DNA from: Planctomycetota bacterium
GTDB taxonomy: Bacteria; Planctomycetota; UBA1135; JAKEFM01
Length of the DNA: 64,000 bases
Direction of reading: 5' to 3'
Assembly: GCA_035695825.1 (NCBI GenBank)
Contig: DASRRH010000031.1
Coordinates: forward strand, 83,648 to 147,647
Of the stretch, positions 60,061-64,000 are shown in pieces. The translations under genes and the position numbers were made by a program. Below the pieces are notes generated by a model. It was not told where the DNA came from and did no database searches. It saw nothing but the letters and a program-made list of their open reading frames with translations. How positions within the stretch are numbered: the first letter of the stretch is position 1; every line of letters begins with the position of its first letter.

Positions 60061-63000
60061 GTGAGCCTCCTCCTCCTCGCCTCCCTCCTCGCCGCCGGGG
60101 CCGAGCGCCCCGCGGTCTCCTGCCGCGAGATCTTCGTCCCCGTCGAGGTCGACGGCTCGCTCGCGCAGGAGAAGTGGGACCAAGCGCCGCCGACGCTGAT
60201 CGGCTCGGAGGGGGCCCTCCTGCGGGTCGCGGGAACCCTTCCCGCCGAGAAGTGGCGGGGACCCGGCGACGCGTCGGCGAGCCTCTGGTTCGCCTACGAC
60301 CGCGCGCACTTCTACGTCGCGGGGGAGGTCCGGGACGACGTCCACCTCGACGACCCGCAGGTCTGGTGGGCGGGGGACGCGATCGAGCTCTTCCTCCGCT
60401 TCTCCTCCGAGCCCGCCCCGGCCGCCTCTCCCGGACCGGAGGACCTCCAGATCTTCCTCCTCCCCCTCAGCGCCGCTCGGCCCTGGGGCGTCGCGATCCA
60501 GGGGCGCCGCCGGGGCCCCGGGGACGGGGGGTTCGTGGGCGTGCGCGTGGCGGCGAAGCCCCTCTCGGGGGGAGGCGGCTACACCTTCGAGGCCGCAATC
60601 CCCCTCGTGAATCTCCCCGGCTTCCCGGTCGGGGGGGGGAGGATCGGCTTCAACGTCGCCCTCGACGACGCCGACGAGGCGACCGCGGGCACGGAGACCT
60701 ACCTCGTCTGGTTCAACCCCGGCCCCCCTCCCGCCTTCGACATGCGGGCGCGGGGCTGGCTCGACGTCGTCCCCACGCTCGTCCCCCCCCCGGTCGGGGG
60801 AACCCCCTCGCGACTGCTCGAGGACGTCGGCTTCGCCGGCGGGGTCCTGCTCCTCCTCCTTGGGCTCTTCGCCCTCGCGGCGCGGGAGGGGAGCCTCGCG
60901 ATCTCCCGATCCGCGCGCGTCGTCGCGCTCCTCGTCCTCGCCCTCCTCTCCCTCCCGCTCTCGGCCGCCCTCCTCCGCGGATTCGAGTCGTCGAGGGAGC
61001 GGGAGTTCCGGGAAGCGGCGCAGAGGGTGGAGTCGATCCTCTCCGCGGCCTCGTCGGGGGAGATCGGGTCCCTCGAGGGCCCCTCCGGGGCGGAGGCCGC
61101 GCTCCGGCTCCTCTCGGGGGAGCCGGTCCGGCCGCTCCCGCGCCTGCAGTACGCGTTCCCGCCGTTCCCCGAGTCGTGCGCGCCCGACTCGGAGCGCGCG
61201 GGAGACGTCCCCTTCTCGCGATACCGGATCCCGCTCCGGGAGGGGGTGAAGGTCCCGATCGACCTCCTCCCCCCCAGGCTCGCGGGGGCGATCCACGTGG
61301 CCCTCACCGCGGCGGGCGCTCCCTCTCCCCCCTCCGCGCGCCCCCGATCGGTGGCGCTCCGCCTCGAGGACGCGGAGGGACTCGCGGAGACCTTCGAGCT
61401 CGATCTCGGCAGCGGCGAGCGCCGCGCCGCCTTCGGCGGGTCCGGCCTCCCCTCGGAGGTCTTCGCGCGCGTGCTCCGGGGCGCGCGCCCCCTCGCGCGG
61501 ATCGAGGTCGAGTCCCTCTCCGCGGAGCCGGTCGTCCTCGAGGGGGTCACGCTCTCCTACGCCGACGGTTACGACCCGCTCCTCCTCGGGGCGCCGACGG
61601 CCTCCGGCGTCCCGACGCGCATCCGAGGTCCGCAGCCGGGGAAGGCCCTCGTTCTGGCGCCCGGGGAGGCCGGACCGGCCGAGTGGGACCTCGGGGCGCG
61701 CGAGGCGGAGCGGATCTTCGTCGTCTACGGCGAGGGGAGAGGGTCCGGCGCCGGAGGAGCCCTCTCCTTCCGCGGGTACGGGACGACGATCGTCCAGGGG
61801 ACGGTCGAGTTTGCGGAGGGGCCCCCGCTCGGCTTCGACCTGCGCCATGGCGTCGACCTGCACGCCGCCGACCTCGAGCGCTCCCGCCACGCGCCCGACC
61901 CCGGGCGCAACGTCGAGATCGCCTTCGTCTGGGAGGAAGGAGGCGAGCGCCGCCACCTCGACATCCGCTCCCTCGATCTCAACGGCCGCCGCCCCGTGCG
62001 CCGCCTGCTCCTCCAGAACGTCTCGGATCCGGCGACCGGCTATCCCGTCGAGGTCCGCGAGGTCGTCCTCGCGACGAGCCGTCCGGTGCCCGACCCCGCC
62101 CCAGGCTCGCCGATCGCTTCGGTCCCGGAAGGGAGGAAGCTCGGGGACGAGGCGGCCCGCGGGCTCTTCGGTCTGCGCTTCGGGTTCGTCGACCTCTTCG
62201 GGAGGCCCCTGCGCCGGGGAGGGGGGCACCCCGTCCCCCGCGCCACCCCCGAGGAGCTCGCCTCTTGCGCGGGGGGCGCGCGACCGAGGCCCGAGCTTCG
62301 CGAGGAGCCCCGGGACCAGGGGACCTGGCGCGCCCTCCTCGCCCTGCGGGAGGGAGGACGGCCGATCGGGGCGATCGTCGTCACGCGCTCGGAGCGGCGG
62401 GTATTCGCCTGGAGGCGCGTGGCGGGCGCCGTGCGGACGGGGCTCGCCTTCCTCGCTGCCCCGTTCCTCCTCGTGGCGGCCGCCGACCGCCTGGCGCGGG
62501 GGCGGCGCCTGCGCGTCAAGCTCGCGGGCGCGCTCCTCCTCACGTCCGTCGCGCCCCTCCTCCTCTTCGCGTTCGGCTTCGCCGACCTCCACGGGGCCCG
62601 GGAGGAGGAGATCGAACGAGGGCGGCTCGAGGCCGAGGTGACCGCCGCGCGCGAGCGCCTCGCGAGGGCCGTCGAGGAGATCGATCGGACGGCGGCCCGG
62701 TTCGCGGAGAGCTTCCTCACCGACCCGCGCGTGCGCGAGGCCCTCGGCTCGCCGGAGGCTCCCGACCTCCAGGCCTGGAGGGAGGCCGTCACGAGGGCGC
62801 GGAGGGCCGTCGTCGGGGAGGCCCCGGATTCATTCGTCGGGATCGAGGTCGTCGACGCGCGGCGGCGGTCGCCGGCCCGGTTCCACCTCTTCGAGGGGGA
62901 GGGGGGGAGGCGGCTCGAAGGGGCGGAGATCTCCGTCTCCGACCTCTATCGCCTGTGGGGCGAACATGTCCGGATCGGCGTCGATCGCGTCCGGGAAGGG

Positions 63001-64000
63001 GAGCGCACCTTCGTCTTCCTCGTCGGCGCGCCTCCCCTCCCCCCCTCGCTCGAGGAGGCGGCGCAGATCGGCGAATCGGGGATCCGGCTCTACTCCCGGG
63101 AGGGCTGGCCCGTCGCCCCCGCGCGGCTCGTCGAAAACCTCGAGGGGGACCCTCCGCGGGCGGCCGCGGTGCAGGGGCTCGCGGCGCGCGCCGAGCGGGA
63201 GGGGGGGCCGGTCTGCGCGCCCTGGGTCGAGCGAGGGGTGGAGGGAAGGATGGCGGTGGACCTCGTCCGCGACCGGGAGGGGAGGCCCGTCGCGGCGCTC
63301 GCCGCGTTCGGCCGCAGTGCCGAGCCGACGTGGAATCTCGGATTCCTGCGCGTGCGATCGCGGGGCGTCCTCCTCGCGCTTGCGGCCGCCTTCGTCGCCT
63401 CCTCCCTCGTCGTCGCCCGCATCCTGACCACCCGGATCACCCGGCCGGTCGAGCGCCTGGAGCGCGGCGCCCGCGCCCTCGAGCGAGGCGAGGCCCCGGC
63501 CATCGAAGCCGAATCGGAGGACGAGGTCGGCCGCCTCACGCGCTCCTTCAACCGGATGGCGCTGGAGCTGCGCCGGCGCCTCACCCACCTCTCCGCGCTC
63601 AACCGCGCCTTCCAGGACCTCTCTTCCCGGCTCGACCTCGAGGCGGTCCTCGAGGAGGCGGTCCGGGTCTTTCGCACCCAGGCGGCGGCCTCTCACGTTC
63701 TCCTCGCCGTGCGCGAGCCCGAGGGGGGGAGCGCCCTGCTCCTCCACGGCGAGGGGATCGCGGGGCCCCGGCCGGCGAGCGGCTTCCTCCGCTCGGCCGT
63801 CGAGGCCGGGGAGGTCCTGACGCTCCTCGACGACGGGGAGGATCCCCTCGCCTGGATGCCGGGTCCGGAGGGGGAGATCCTCCGAGGATCGAAGGGGGTG
63901 CTCGTCCTCCCCCTCCGCGTCGGGAGCCGGAGCCTCGGCTGCGCGATCCTCGCGTTCGACGCCGCCCCGCCGGCCCAGCGGGACTTCCTCCTCGCGGCGG
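60061..64000 (+). CDS. Multi-domain membrane sensor (CBM9/DOMON-like, several TM segments, HAMP, GAF; 3' end beyond window)
   Basis: Not in the track because there is no stop in the window. I read frame 1 codon by codon from GTG 60061 to 64000 and found no stop. Signal-like VSLLLLASLLAAGA. CBM9-like WFAYDRAHFYVAGEVRDDVHLDD..GDAIELFL..GYTFEAAIPL..GRIGFNVALDDAD. TM clusters near aa 260-305, 795-840 and 1100-1120. HAMP RITRPVERLERGARALERGE...DEVGRLTRSFNRMALELRRR. GAF-like LDLEAVLEEAVRVF...VLVLPLRVGSRSLGCAILAF. Confidence 0.75.
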   Translation, partial: MSLLLLASLLAAGAERPAVSCREIFVPVEVDGSLAQEKWDQAPPTLIGSEGALLRVAGTLPAEKWRGPGDASASLWFAYDRAHFYVAGEVRDDVHLDDPQVWWAGDAIELFLRFSSEPAPAASPGPEDLQIFLLPLSAARPWGVAIQGRRRGPGDGGFVGVRVAAKPLSGGGGYTFEAAIPLVNLPGFPVGGGRIGFNVALDDADEATAGTETYLVWFNPGPPPAFDMRARGWLDVVPTLVPPPVGGTPSRLLEDVGFAGGVLLLLLGLFALAAREGSLAISRSARVVALLVLALLSLPLSAALLRGFESSREREFREAAQRVESILSAASSGEIGSLEGPSGAEAALRLLSGEPVRPLPRLQYAFPPFPESCAPDSERAGDVPFSRYRIPLREGVKVPIDLLPPRLAGAIHVALTAAGAPSPPSARPRSVALRLEDAEGLAETFELDLGSGERRAAFGGSGLPSEVFARVLRGARPLARIEVESLSAEPVVLEGVTLSYADGYDPLLLGAPTASGVPTRIRGPQPGKALVLAPGEAGPAEWDLGAREAERIFVVYGEGRGSGAGGALSFRGYGTTIVQGTVEFAEGPPLGFDLRHGVDLHAADLERSRHAPDPGRNVEIAFVWEEGGERRHLDIRSLDLNGRRPVRRLLLQNVSDPATGYPVEVREVVLATSRPVPDPAPGSPIASVPEGRKLGDEAARGLFGLRFGFVDLFGRPLRRGGGHPVPRATPEELASCAGGARPRPELREEPRDQGTWRALLALREGGRPIGAIVVTRSERRVFAWRRVAGAVRTGLAFLAAPFLLVAAADRLARGRRLRVKLAGALLLTSVAPLLLFAFGFADLHGAREEEIERGRLEAEVTAARERLARAVEEIDRTAARFAESFLTDPRVREALGSPEAPDLQAWREAVTRARRAVVGEAPDSFVGIEVVDARRRSPARFHLFEGEGGRRLEGAEISVSDLYRLWGEHVRIGVDRVREGERTFVFLVGAPPLPPSLEEAAQIGESGIRLYSREGWPVAPARLVENLEGDPPRAAAVQGLAARAEREGGPVCAPWVERGVEGRMAVDLVRDREGRPVAALAAFGRSAEPTWNLGFLRVRSRGVLLALAAAFVASSLVVARILTTRITRPVERLERGARALERGEAPAIEAESEDEVGRLTRSFNRMALELRRRLTHLSALNRAFQDLSSRLDLEAVLEEAVRVFRTQAAASHVLLAVREPEGGSALLLHGEGIAGPRPASGFLRSAVEAGEVLTLLDDGEDPLAWMPGPEGEILRGSKGVLVLPLRVGSRSLGCAILAFDAAPPAQRDFLLAA

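Noticed and set aside
59821-62592. 923-aa minus-strand ORF, plus 60699..61550 and 62040..62792.
   Set aside because: Antisense to the uninterrupted plus-strand sensor frame that carries the CBM9-like, HAMP and GAF motifs. Low-complexity sequence.

Overview
This is a very high-G+C bacterial chromosomal segment; I cannot assign a phylum by eye. Many long Arg/Pro/Gly-rich ORFs in the track lie antisense to or overlap real genes and are composition artefacts.

Housekeeping backbone:
- Minus strand: an O-antigen-ligase-like gene with ftsY, and ribH-nusB.
- moeA-lnt.
- A cell-shape operon: a coiled-coil gene, a small membrane gene, then mreB-mreC-mreD-mrdA-rodA.
- greA and an ECF sigma/anti-sigma pair.
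- An Mla-type lipid-transport operon.
- rpsO-pnp-csp.
- A >1300-aa multi-TM HAMP/GAF sensor that runs off the 3' end.

Accessory content:
1. A compact bacterial-microcompartment (BMC) locus directly after rodA. It has 2 BMC-H, 2 tandem BMC-T and one acylating aldehyde dehydrogenase, with no pentamer and no signature enzyme.
2. A vapBC-like module.
3. A run of NRDE/TANGO2, macro domain, pentahaem cytochrome c and a Tat-signal PLP enzyme.
4. Three CarboxypepD_reg-repeat giants, plus an ECF sigma factor that carries its own C-terminal TM segment.
5. A HEPN gene translationally coupled to an unknown partner.
6. A visibly lower-G+C island from about 36.96 to 44.9 kb. It holds a P-loop ATPase gene whose 3' 576 bp is duplicated around a DUF4258/zinc-finger toxin-antitoxin pair. 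A frameshifted integron integrase follows, and in the same orientation come at least two gene cassettes bounded by recognisable attC sites.

Many adjacent genes overlap by ATGA/GTGA/TTGA. All domain calls are by eye from motifs. Start codons are the least certain part. No G+C values or database searches were computed.
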